Part shown: one piece after another, positions 24,587 through 36,180 of the stretch
Layout of the letters: each line of letters opens with the position of its first letter
How positions within the stretch are numbered: position 1 is the stretch's first letter
Source of the DNA: Cystobasidiomycetes sp. EMM_F5
Lineage: Eukaryota
NCBI GenBank assembly: GCA_051047955.1
Contig: JBPGPT010000009.1
Location: 124,001-188,000, forward strand
Length of the DNA stretch: 64,000 nucleotides
Direction: 5' to 3'
Translations under genes and position numbers: made by a program
Notes under the pieces: generated by a model
Databases searched by the model: none
Told to the model about the DNA's origin: nothing
The model's input: the letters and a program-made list of their open reading frames with translations, nothing else

Positions 24587-24816
24587 TGCTAGCGGCGGGC
24601 AGGTGCATAGAAGAGCAGCTAAACATGAGAGATTTCATCGCGCGCGAGCTTGACTCGGTCACGACTCAACAGGGGTTCTACCGATGTCCGCAAGCCGCAA
24701 CGAAGACTAATATTCGGGACTCAGCTGCTGAGGCTGTTGCCGTCGTGTGGTGCTAAATATGTCTAATAACTACTACTACAGGATGTTTTGCTCTGAGTTC
24801 CTGCAATGTAATGCAT

Positions 24817-26644
24817 CTATGCCTTCCTCCACTCTGTATGATGGGACCCTTTAACTGGCCGATCGTCGTTGTCTGACTTCAGTGTGTACATGTGGTCTCC
24901 GAAGGCGTCGAGCTGGCTTTCCTCGAAAGCAGTGGGGTCTTCGCAGCCAACGCTTTTGATGTATTCTAGCGATGCTGAGACAGCGGGGATGACTGCGTCC
25001 GCCTCGATAGCTAACTTAACGACCTCCTTCATGGCATGGAACGTCTTGTTGAGCTCTTTGCAGATAGCTTCTTCCGTCAACAGGTTCAACAGCTTGGGAT
25101 TCGCTTTATACAGTGGCTGAATCAGATCCGCGATCTGTCGCGGAACATTAGCAAAGACACATTCACTAAAGTGGACGCAGCGTACGTAGCCGCTGCGTAT
25201 GATACATCCTGCCCGCCAAATCTTGAGACATTTCTCCATAGGTACGTCCCACTTGAAGTCGACAGAGGCACGCGCGATCATCTGACCTGGATGTTAGCAG
25301 CGTTCGGTGCCAGGTGTATCGAACCTACGTTCAGACCTTGAATAAAAGAGCACAAAAAGCCGCCATAGGTGGCCAACCTGACGAGTTCGATGTACTTCTT
25401 CTTGTCCTCTGCTGACGGATGCGGTTTGACTTGCGGAATATTCAGCATCTTCTTGATCTTGTTTCTTTCCCGCTTCTCGGCTGAGATCACCCGTAGGTAG
25501 TGAGCGGTTGCAATAGTCGGGGCAGCCACATGCCTCTCCGCCGACTCTTTGACGGTCCATACGCCGGTACCTGCAAAATCGCGCAGTCGTCAGCAAACAT
25601 GTGGATACCAAACGGTGAAACACGTCTACCTTCCGATTGATCGACATCCTGGGTAACTTTGTCGCTAAAGTTGTCAATGATACCTTTGTCGTTCTGCACA
25701 CCATCTCCTTCAGTGAATCCGACGACCAAGGCACCAAGATCGACTAGAAAGTTGTCGGATAATTCTCCATGTGCATCCCAGTCTGTAAAGATCTGCTTGA
25801 TTTCGCTGTTCGGAATGCCCAGCGTTCGGTGAAGAAGTGTGTATGCCTCTGCAAGAACAGATAGTTCTCCTTGTTCAATACCGTTATGAATCTATACAAA
25901 ATGCACGGTCAGCTGTCGCAATTACTTCAAACCCAGTGCGTAACCGACTTGCCATCTTCACGTAATGTCCGGCACCGCCAGGACCAACCCACTCAACGCA
26001 AGCATTCCCATCCTTGTCTTTGGCGGCCCATTCTTTCAAGTACGGTTCGACCTTCTGGTAAGCTTCATAGTCACCGCCTGGCGACATGGAAGGTCCCCTG
26101 CGAGAAGCTTGGTATCCGCCGGACACGCCCATGCCGATATAGGCTACGCCTTTCTTCTTCATCCACTCTTGTCGACGCTCTGTCTCTCCATAATATTCGT
26201 TGTCGCCGTCGATTATGATGTCACCATCTTTCAATAGCGATTCTATGTTGGTCAGGATGCTGTCGACGACTTTCGGACCGTGAGGTAAAGACAGAATCAG
26301 TAGTCTTGGCTTGTCTTTGTCGAACGCATTCGCCAGACTCTCGAGCGAGTCATGCATGTGCACGTTCTCAGCGGGGACAGAGTCAGTCTCTTCAGCTTCT
26401 CTCTTGACGGATTTCATGGCTTCTTTGTCCACGTCAAAGATGTGGACGATATTGCCCTTTTCGCTGTACAGCAGCGCCCTTTCAAGCTATGCCATCAGCT
26501 GCTGGAAGACGGAGTTTTGTAGGGTTTCTCACATGCCCCGACCCATCGAGCCTTGACGCAATCACGAAATCAGCTCCAGCTTGTTGCAGTCGCTGTATCA
26601 GCCTCACCGCTACCAATCACACCGACAGTCGTAGTGGGCGACAT
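24817..26644 (-). CDS. 6-phosphogluconate dehydrogenase-family protein (divergent paralogue)
   Basis: VGVIGSGSMGRGM (with a 19-nt microexon at 26533-26551), GMGVSGG...GPSMSPGG, GAGHYVKM|IHNGIE, IWRAGCII. Confidence 0.9.
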
Positions 26645-26784
26645 GCTTGAGCGATGAGCAGGATCAGGCTAGGAAATGATATCGAAAAGAAAGCTTTCCG
26701 AACGTGAAGCGTCAATTCTCAAATGAAAAGTGGCGATTCGACAGCAGGCCGCGCACGGAAGCATACGCATGACAACAAAGAATG

Positions 26785-28683
26785 CTACATGTCCCATCCG
26801 CTGTAGTCCGGCTTAACTACCTCGTCATCCCATCCGGCTGCGACAGGAGCTGCAGAAGTGCTGATTGAAAAAGTCGTCGTTTTCCCTTTTCCATTGTTTC
26901 CCCCTTTGCTGGTGTTATTGGCACTCCCGCCCTTACCATTCTTCTTCTCCTGCTCTTGGATGAGCTTGTCGAGCCACGTGAACGCTTGGGAGTTCGAATT
27001 CTGCTTGCGGGCCTGCTCCTCAAAATGCTTATCGAGGACTTTCATCAGCTCCCGCTGCATAGACGGACAAGTCGCCATGTCAGCGTTTGATGATTTCGAG
27101 CGGAACAGAGGGGAGTGATGTACCTTTTGCGCATTAATCTTCGTTTCCCTATCTTCCTCTGCCTTCATTTCCATCAGGACCTTGACGATTGTCTCCATCT
27201 ACGATCAAGCGAAACGTTATTTGTCGTTCGTCAGCAATACTCATCTCCAACTCACGCTTCCCAGCTTCCGTCCAGAATTTCCACCACCACCGCCACCGCC
27301 TTTATTCTTGCCCTTCTGCTGATCCGGCCAAACGCAATCGCATTCCTCATCTTCATCGTGCTCGCAATCGGGCGGCCGCTTCTTCTGTTTGCCTCCTCCT
27401 CCGTCACCTCCACCCTTGCCCTTACCTTTATTCTTGCCATGCGTGTGTCCACATTCTTTACACTGATGAGACTGTTGATTGGCATCCTTCTCAGGCTCGA
27501 CCAGCAAGGCTGTTCCCGTACACAGCATCTCTTGAGTATCGACGTTGATGGCACGCGTATGCCACGCGAATGAGACGATGCAATTTGCACCGAGCGATCT
27601 GGCATCTTCCATGATCTGTGCATGTGCTTCTCGCCGAGCCAACATCGGCATTTCTCGAAGATGGTCATCGCTGAGTTCTTCATCCGGCATGCTGCGTACA
27701 AAAACATCAGCGCGCCGATGTCGGATCTTGACAAGGTACCTACATGGTGACGTGTGACCCGCTGACTGCACCCAGTGTCGCTTTGACCTTGTATCCGAGT
27801 GCTACACAGTAGGATTCAGCTCAGTGCAGCAATCTGCCAAAAGGCTATATGCTCACGAGTCGGCGTCGTCAATACAATCACATTACCGGGGGTAGGAGCT
27901 AGTGCGCCTTGTGCACTATGGAGACCCACCATGCCACCTCCCGCTGCTGCTCCGCTTCCGCGCCTCCACTCTTCCATCATTCTCATTATCCTCGCTTCAC
28001 GAATCTGCATCTCTTGCTGCAAGGCCAACGCGTTCTGTTGCTCATACTGTATAACCAACTCTTGTGACCGAGCGTGATGGTCTCTTCTCAGTCTGTACTT
28101 GAGCTCCTTAATTTCCTTTTCTGCTTTCGACAACTGCGCACGCTTGTACTGCTCAATCTGGTCCTTGTAGCTCTTGCTACTGCCACCGAGTCCAGATCCA
28201 AAATCGAAATCGAAACCGCCAAGATCCTTGAGCTTGGTGGAGGGGGCAGGTACTAGTGCTTGTGATGTGGATGTCGACGGGAAAAGGGAGGAATAGATGT
28301 CTTCCTGTGTTTTGGGGTGTGAGGCAGTATTCCGAGGCTTGCTAGTCGTTCCGCTTGGGCGTAGTCTGTTTGGACGGATGGCGGCGGTTGAAGGATGTGC
28401 TAAGCATTTGATGAAGGAAATGGGGGTACAAGACGTGTTCTCGGCTATCGAATATTACTTACTTTTCTTGCGCCAAGAGGTCCTCGAGTTCTTTGCTCGT
28501 CTTGTCGAGCCTGCGGGGTATACGGTCGAGTTGTTGGACAAAAAGGATGTTGCAGGAAGTTTGAAGCAGCATGATCTTAGCTAGTGACTTCATGTTTTCA
28601 GCATGCTCAGACTACACGTACTTGTCCTGCACAGTCTCCATTGCCGATTTCGTCGGACGAGGCTGGTGTCGCTTCGATGGCAT
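26785..28683 (-). CDS. Coiled-coil plus YbjQ/UPF0145-like domain protein with Cys/His and Gly/Lys-rich segments
   Basis: Spliced ORFs 27816-28133, 27241-27771 and 26785-27198; domain VIVLTTPTPLGYKVKATLGAVSG...ARREAHAQIMEDARSLGANCIVS...EMLCTGTALLVE; N-terminal exons and start uncertain. Confidence 0.65.
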
Positions 28684-29411
28684 GTTAAGGTCGATTCAGG
28701 CAGCCTTTGAGTTGCAAGGCGTCGAGTATGACATTCAGAGGTCTACTGCGCTTATATGAGCAGATCAGCAATAGAAATGGCAGATCCAAGCAAAGTGTCG
28801 TCAATATTGTCTGACCATCTTCAAATGAATGATCAACAGCCGTTGCCGGCTGCAGCAAACACGGCCAAACAAACAGCTGTCGGAGCTTCAACAGAATCGC
28901 TGGAGCGTAATTGCACATTCAGGATGTCGAATAATTGATGAGGGCGCCTTTGAATGTGTAACATGTAGGATAATAATTTGACGATGCCGCTTCAATTCGG
29001 AACTTGCGGAGAAAAGCTCTTACAGAATCTCGATAAATCCAAGAATCACAATCTACTTACATCCTCAGCCTCTGCACTTTCGTCACTCTCACTCTGCGCA
29101 TCAATCAATCTATCCATTTCTGTACCTTTTTCGCGACTTGTTTCTTGCGGCTCGCTCATGCAAAGTGACGCTCTTGAAATTCGGCATATCAGCATAACAT
29201 GCTGACATTTGACGCTGATGTTCAGTCACGATTATGCACTCTGCGGCTGAGGTAGTCAAGTACTCTGAAACCTGCAAATCAAAAGCTATTGCTCGTATCC
29301 AGGGATCCTTTGTTCAGGCTTCAAGCCGGCCAACTCACAGTCAGACGACTGAGGAGCAGCTGATCTGGTCATATACGCTCTGTAGAGCACATACGACCTG
29401 TCACACATGGC

Positions 29412-32400
29412 ATGGCGGCCGTGCAGTGGCCAGAGGCATCAGCCGATGTATCGCCGTCCACACCGCAGTCGGTAGCAGCAAACCCATCAATACACGACAT
29501 AGATGGGTCAAATCAGCCATCAACATCCACACTAGCAAAGGAGGGACCCTACGTATCGTCTGTCCCGCCCTTGTATGCTGGCAATCCATCGACACTCGCG
29601 CGTAAACACCTCGATCGTGCTAACCTGTCAGGAGCATTCGCATTTACAACGGGCGACGACGATGAGCATGATTCCAGCTACAATACAACGCCAGTCGAGC
29701 AGACTGCCGCGAATGATGGGACGTCTCCCTTCTTCAGGGCTTGGGAGGCGTCGCCTCACCATCAAATGAATATGGATAAGCATCCCTACAAAGCGGACAC
29801 AAGCGGACAAATACCTCTGTTTCCTACGCACGACGCTAGACCTCGGTACCCGGAGGTCCCTTTTCCTGCAGGCAAGTTTGGCAGTATCCTGCCTTGTGCG
29901 ACTCTGCTAATTGCCACATTACCATCAACAGGCCATGCTGAAGTCAAAGATGGTCTAGCGGGACGTCTACCCTCGACTGTAGCGGACAGGTCGGAAACCC
30001 TTTTTGCGCCAGCGCTTCATATCCAGACATCCGTCCACGCGTCATTCCCGCGCAGCGATGTATCGTCAAATACGACTCCGACCACACCATCAGGAGCTAT
30101 ACCATTTGCAGCGCATCAGCATACATCTCTTGCGAGCCGAATATTGTTGAGAGCGCCTCTGTCAGCGACAGCGACAGCTCCCGGTACACCGCTCCTTTCA
30201 ACTGCTTCCACACCGGCGCAAAGTCCATATGGGGATAATGTGAGATCTCTCTTCTCTCCCGCAATAGGTCCTCAGCCTATGACGAATGAAAATCCTTCGC
30301 AACAACAGCCTCTCAATACCGGCATTCCGTTCCCCTCTGCGGAATCACCGGTCTTCGGTATACAGCCGTTGCCAATGACTACGTCCATCAGTGGGAGGTC
30401 CATGCGACGTGATATGGACTCTTCGGGTCTTGATTCGCCGGCGTTCGGTATAGCTCCTACTCCAGCACCATCCTCACGATCGACCAAAAGTAGCACCGCA
30501 ACTATACACGGCTCGAATCGAGCATTCGATGGAGTCGCTGCGGTCGCTTCCGACCTCTTTACAACATCCATGGACTCGCCGGCATTTGGTGTACCTCCGC
30601 TTCGCGAACAGACGCTACAACAGCTGTCGAATAGACGGCATGTGTCTCAACCGCCAACACAGGCGCATAATGCGTCTGAAGCGCTTTCCAACCGCCATAT
30701 CAGAGATAGCACAGTACGCGCTTCTCGAATACAAGCCTACAACCAAGAAGAATCCTACTTCCCGCAGGTGCTACACGCAGCCGATCCCACACATACATCG
30801 CAAGCAGGCGTCCCCTTCCCTGTCGCGGAAACCTTCGATAACTCTCCAATGAGCCTCTTGTCATCTTCGGCCCCTACTCGGTCTATTCTCACTATGATGG
30901 CCCCGTCGCGCAGCGAATCCGAGAACTCCATCTCGTCCATTGTAAACGACGATGGGCATGACGAGATTGCCCTTCATCGGCAGTCACAGGCAGCTGCTGC
31001 CGTCCCGGCAGACGACATTCATCCTGTTCCGTACCGAATTGCTCCTTCAGGCGCAGGCGCAAAATCAGGAGCATACAACAAAGGGTCTGATCCGCCACCC
31101 CTCATTCCCTTTCCCCGCCCGAAGAAGCTGTCTCTTGCGCAGGACGCGCAAATAAGACCCATATCGCCCTTCTCTCCCAGTACTGCCATTATACCCTCAC
31201 TTTCTCAATATCACCATATTCCAACAGCGCTTCCTACTTCCATACCCTCCACGTCGGCTGCATCGGTCAACCTGATGCAAGGGCATCAGCGCCTCCGGAC
31301 ACTCAGTCTCGAACGCGATCTAATCAATTTCGATTCTGATAACGAAAGTGCAGGTCGCGGGCACGCCACCTCGCGACTTGTCCGCGACACCTACTCCGGA
31401 CGTCCATCGTATAATCGCTTCGACAGCTACGTTTCGTCCTCTGGTGTTAGTGCAGTAGATTACGATAGCGCAAGTGAGACTGATGTAAGGCCAAGCGATT
31501 CAGCTGGGCCAAGCACAGGACGCTTCATGGCTACCGAGCAAAACATGTATGAGCAATATGCGGACGCGGAGGAAGACGACCATGCTAATCAAGAGGATGA
31601 GGACGAAGAGGAGGAGGATTTAGATCGCCACCCATTGTACGCTGTCTTGTCCAAGTCTGCATCGCCCTACCTACGAAGAGCTTGGGAAACTTCCACTATC
31701 GTCCTAATACCGCCACGGCAGACGCTGCCTGCTGACTTTATGAAGAATGTTAACCAGAATGATGATCTGGCGGTCCTGTTCCCTCCCGATGACGAGGATC
31801 TACCGTCGCGGACACCGCTGGAATGGGAATGCTGGGCCGCGTTGCATGCTCTCGCACCTCATCTGTCTTCCACGCCGACTACTTCGGAAGCAGTCGAGAC
31901 TTTGCTCGGGCATGGCAAAAGCAAAGAGGGCGAACAGCTTCTGGTCCGTCTGAACAAGGCGAACGGTCAGATTGATGTTCGTTTGCAGATTCCGCATTCC
32001 CCAATTGTAAGTGCCACCGGCCAATCACACCAGGTCGCTGCGCTTCCAGTCGTCAATGATGCAGCAGATTCATTGAGCATCATTGGCATGACCTCCGCTT
32101 CCACTTTCGATGACGATCTGCGCAGAAGCACGTCTACTACTTCAGGCTCGAGTCATGCTACGTCAATGTCAGCCGTTCCTCCACACCTATTTATATCGTC
32201 GTCACCCACATCATCGATGGACTCGTCTGTTTACCCCCTCACTCCGCCTTTCTCGCCACCGCTGCGTAGCAATGCCATCCGTTCCGTGTCAGGCTCGCTC
32301 CACGGCAGTTTGCGGTCCGGCATCGCGCCTGCAGAGGGGTCTCCTCTGGTAATGTCGGGTTCTTCTGTGGACCTACAGAAGAATGCAGCTTTCGCATCAG

Positions 32401-35400
32401 GAGAAACGATTCTTCCAGGATCCAAGACACCTGTCACTGCGGCCTTTCAAGCGTTCGATGCAAAGCAATCCCCGCTTGCTCCGACCAGACGACTCCGCAT
32501 TGTCAGCGAGAGTCCTATATACCGTCGGCGCCGCGCATCTAGCGCGGCAATGAGCATTTCAGCTTCCGCACCCGTCACGCTTCCGCCGGTCAGTGAAGCA
32601 TCTCGTGCTCAGCTGCCTATGCATCAAATTGCGGGCAGAGCTTCCATCTCATCCTTGTCTTCCATACTGCTGAACAAACCTCAACCACCACTACCTGTTC
32701 GCACTGTGTCGTCAATCGCACCGCTGCAAACCGTGAGGAAGAGAGACAGTAAAGTTCGGCTCAAAGTTCCTAAATGGCTCCGTAGTAGCGCGAGTCGAGA
32801 TAGTCTGAATGCATCAACATCATCGGCATCGCCTACCGTAGACAAGTCACCCTTATATACGGGCACGGAGTCCGCTCCTGCAACGCCACATGGAACTACA
32901 CGTCCTGGGGTCTTGCTTTCTGCAGCTCAAGACAATCGATTGTCGACTATATCTATTTCGAGCAGTACGACTTCTGCATTGGCCGTGCAAGAGTCTTCTC
33001 GCCCAGTGATCGACAAGGTCCGCATCGTTCGCGTTGATAACTACGTTGTTGAATGGCCCGGGCAACAATATGTTTTCCCAACAATTGAGCCCAGCCGTCG
33101 CTTATCAAGACAGCCTCATACTGCCAAGTCGCATATGAAGGAAGGCAAGGCCATCGACTTGTCCCATTCCACTGCATCGCAGACAACATCCAGTCAGACT
33201 CACGCTAGCTCGACTCTGCCAACGAGAAACAATAGCAATGCATCCTCCAAGATAAGCAATCGGCATTCTGGCACTTTCCTGTACAAACACGCCAACGCTT
33301 CGGCATCCTCGGGCATCGGTGGTGGTGCGGGCGAGGTAGCGACGAGCACTCGCGACTTCGCTTCAGACATTGCGTATATGCTCGAGCCTCCAAGGCAAAT
33401 AGCAAGTATGTCCGGCGCTCTTCAAGACGCGCTGCGGCAGATTATAGGTAGGACACGCGACCTCTGCGACGATCCACATTTCGGGGAAGGGAGCGAGCCA
33501 TATATGTCACAGGTCGGTGACTGTCAAGATGACTCGCGGAGGAGCGCTGATGCAATCTACGAGCAGCGACTGCTTGACGAGGTTCTAGACCCTATCCGCG
33601 CGGTGCTTTTTCAGCAAGCCGTGTCGAGATCGCAACGTCAGCGGCTCTGCGAAGTTCTCGAGAAGTAGGGTTCTCCTCTATCGAGCAACAGTACAAGGGC
33701 TAATAAGACTGAAGTATTTCCATGGCTTTTATGCACGAACATCTGTACGAAAGGGTTATGAAGCGGCGATCGAACCGTCAAGACGCGACTCTGGCTGAAA
33801 TTTTCGGGCTTTACCGAGCCGCATCAGCCTCGCTGGCGGATTTTGGTGTTGCTGCGCTGTCCTGTTTCTCCTTCACACGCCCTATACAGCTTCTTGTGGA
33901 AATGCACGGCGGGGACAGTCCTCGGCAAGCAATGTGGGAGAAAATGTCCCAAGGGAGCTACAAACGTCTAGTTCAACTCATAAGCGAGACAACAGACAGC
34001 GCATCGACTGTCATTGCCTTGCTAGAAGCTCGGACGCCTTTGGACTGTGCGACTCAACTCCGCTTGATCATCGAGGAGCTGGTCAAAGCTACAGAGCCTC
34101 GCGCATTGGAAGACAACATCGCCAGTCTCGCAACTGATGACCTGATCCCTCTTCTAGCCTGGATCTTAGTGCAAGCAGGTCCGACATATTTCCACTCCCT
34201 GCTGCGGTACACGAAGAGTTTCCGCTTCTCTTCCTCTCAGCAAGGCGATCTGGAGTAAGTGCTAAATCTTTTTGCGCATGGAGTACGACTGACGAGACGA
34301 TGCTAGTTGGGCGATTGTGCAATTTGAGGCCGCTATTGCTTTCATCAGTTCCGATCCTCTTAACATAGCTGGAGCTTTGAACAAGTCTCCGCTGCTGCGT
34401 CTGTCTCATTCACCTTCTCCAAGCATACAGATACACCAGCATACAGACAGCGGAGACTCCGAGACATACTCTGGACGGCTCGGATCGTATGCCTTACAAC
34501 AAGGCGCAAGTGACCTCGTTGCAAGATCGCTTTCGTCTCACGAAGGATCCCATGCAGAGTCGCTTCCTGCTACTCGTATAGTCATGTACCAGCGGGGAGA
34601 CAAGCGTAGTTCGATCATGTCGACGGTGACGACAGAAGAAGACGGAGAGGAGCTTGCAAACAGCGGTCCTCGACCACCTAGTACCGGAGGAAATGCACAG
34701 AGTCAACGATCTGACTTACCGTCGCTTCTGAGCAGCAGGCATCGGGCAACATCATCTTACAGCCTTGCTTCAACCGAATTACAGATTCATCATCAGCTGG
34801 TGCGGCCAGTCCCGGTCAGGCCGGCACGTTCCTTTCACGTTAGTCATAACAGGTCTGGGCAGACAATGCAAGCGACTCGTGTACCTCTTGGACGCAGCCA
34901 GACCACATCGTATACAGGAGGGCCTGCCAGACAACCAGGTTTGTCAGACGCAAGTGCCAGCTTAGCGAGAACCAGTAGCGAGAGCACGCGACGCAACAGT
35001 GTTGACTGGTGGGCTCCTCTGCGCTACGGAAAAGCAACCACACCCATTTCGCCAGACCCGGCAGCATCACCAGTGGACGGAGCCTTATCGCCAACCGGCA
35101 CTTGCAGTCCCCCTGTACCCGCGAGCCCAGCCGTCCGCAGTATACTGCAGGCAGGAAGTGGGAGAAGTAGCTACGATTTAGAACGGTCATCGTCCGACAT
35201 TGGATGGCTAGAATGGGGTCGAAAGCGTTTATCTAGTATGGCGTCAACGAGTAAGTCATATCTTCGTAATAATCTGCTGCCAGCTGAAGCATGATCAGAT
35301 TCGCTACTGGATTCAACAGACTCCGCGAAGTCTTTTGCTGAACAAGTTGCCGCGAAGATTGCCGCTTCCCACCATGAGACCACATTAAGACACCCCCAAC

Positions 35401-36083
35401 GCCCCAGACGCAACTCTGAGTCGGCTGCCAATGCTCTGGATGGCTTTCCTGGATCCCCACAAGCCCGTTCTGCGATGACACAGCAAATTACGCCGCAATT
35501 CAGTCCCGAGCCGTTCTCAGGGCTTCGAGCGCGCACAGGGACCTTGACACGAGCAAACAGTCGTCCGCGATCAACAATCTCCTTGAACTCCATGCATTCG
35601 GTAGAGACAGACTCGTCTCAGCATGGATCCACCTCACAATTGTCACGATCTCCGGCCATAGCTCGCGCAGGCCTTCGTAACAGCTTGGGACCAGCTGTTA
35701 CCGCTACAAACATGAGCAACATTGCCCGCACTCGACGATACCGATCTTCTGCAAGCATTGCCCCTCCACAGCTATACCTTGATACAGCATCCGTCACCTC
35801 TACGTCCATGTCTTCTTCGCCATCAGCTACGCAAGGTAAAGCTTCTTTAAAGCCATCAGAAACGCTCTACAGTCAATCACAGGCACACTCCTTGCGGTAC
35901 GGGAGTACTCCCTTTTCGCCGATACAAGAAGTAACGAACATGACCTCCGCCAGTCCCGACCAGAAGCTGCAGGCTGGTCAGAATGGGACGTCCGCATCTG
36001 CTGGGTCAGACTTCATCATGTCAGGCAAAGATGTGAAGCTTGGAGGTTCCACCACACTCACGGAACTCTCCAGCCTCAGTTAA
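29412..36083 (+). CDS. Large, mostly disordered VPS9-domain (Rab5 GEF family) protein
   Basis: 1418-aa Ser/Pro-rich first exon, then TPLDCATQL...ATDDLIPLLAWILVQA...LRYTKSF...GDLE|WAIVQFEAAIAFI; introns near 33.66, 34.26 and 35.25 kb. Confidence 0.75.
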
Positions 36084-36180
36084 CTTGTGTTGGCGGCGTG
36101 TTCTCGCATCAGCATATCAGGCCCTAATCTGGTTGTCTCTTTTGTTAGTTTGGCATTCAGTGGAAGCAGTCTTCGTTGTA

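Noticed and set aside
35292..35294. In-frame TGA in the VPS9 gene suggesting stop read-through
   Set aside because: It falls inside a normal GTAAGT...CAG intron (~35251-35298).
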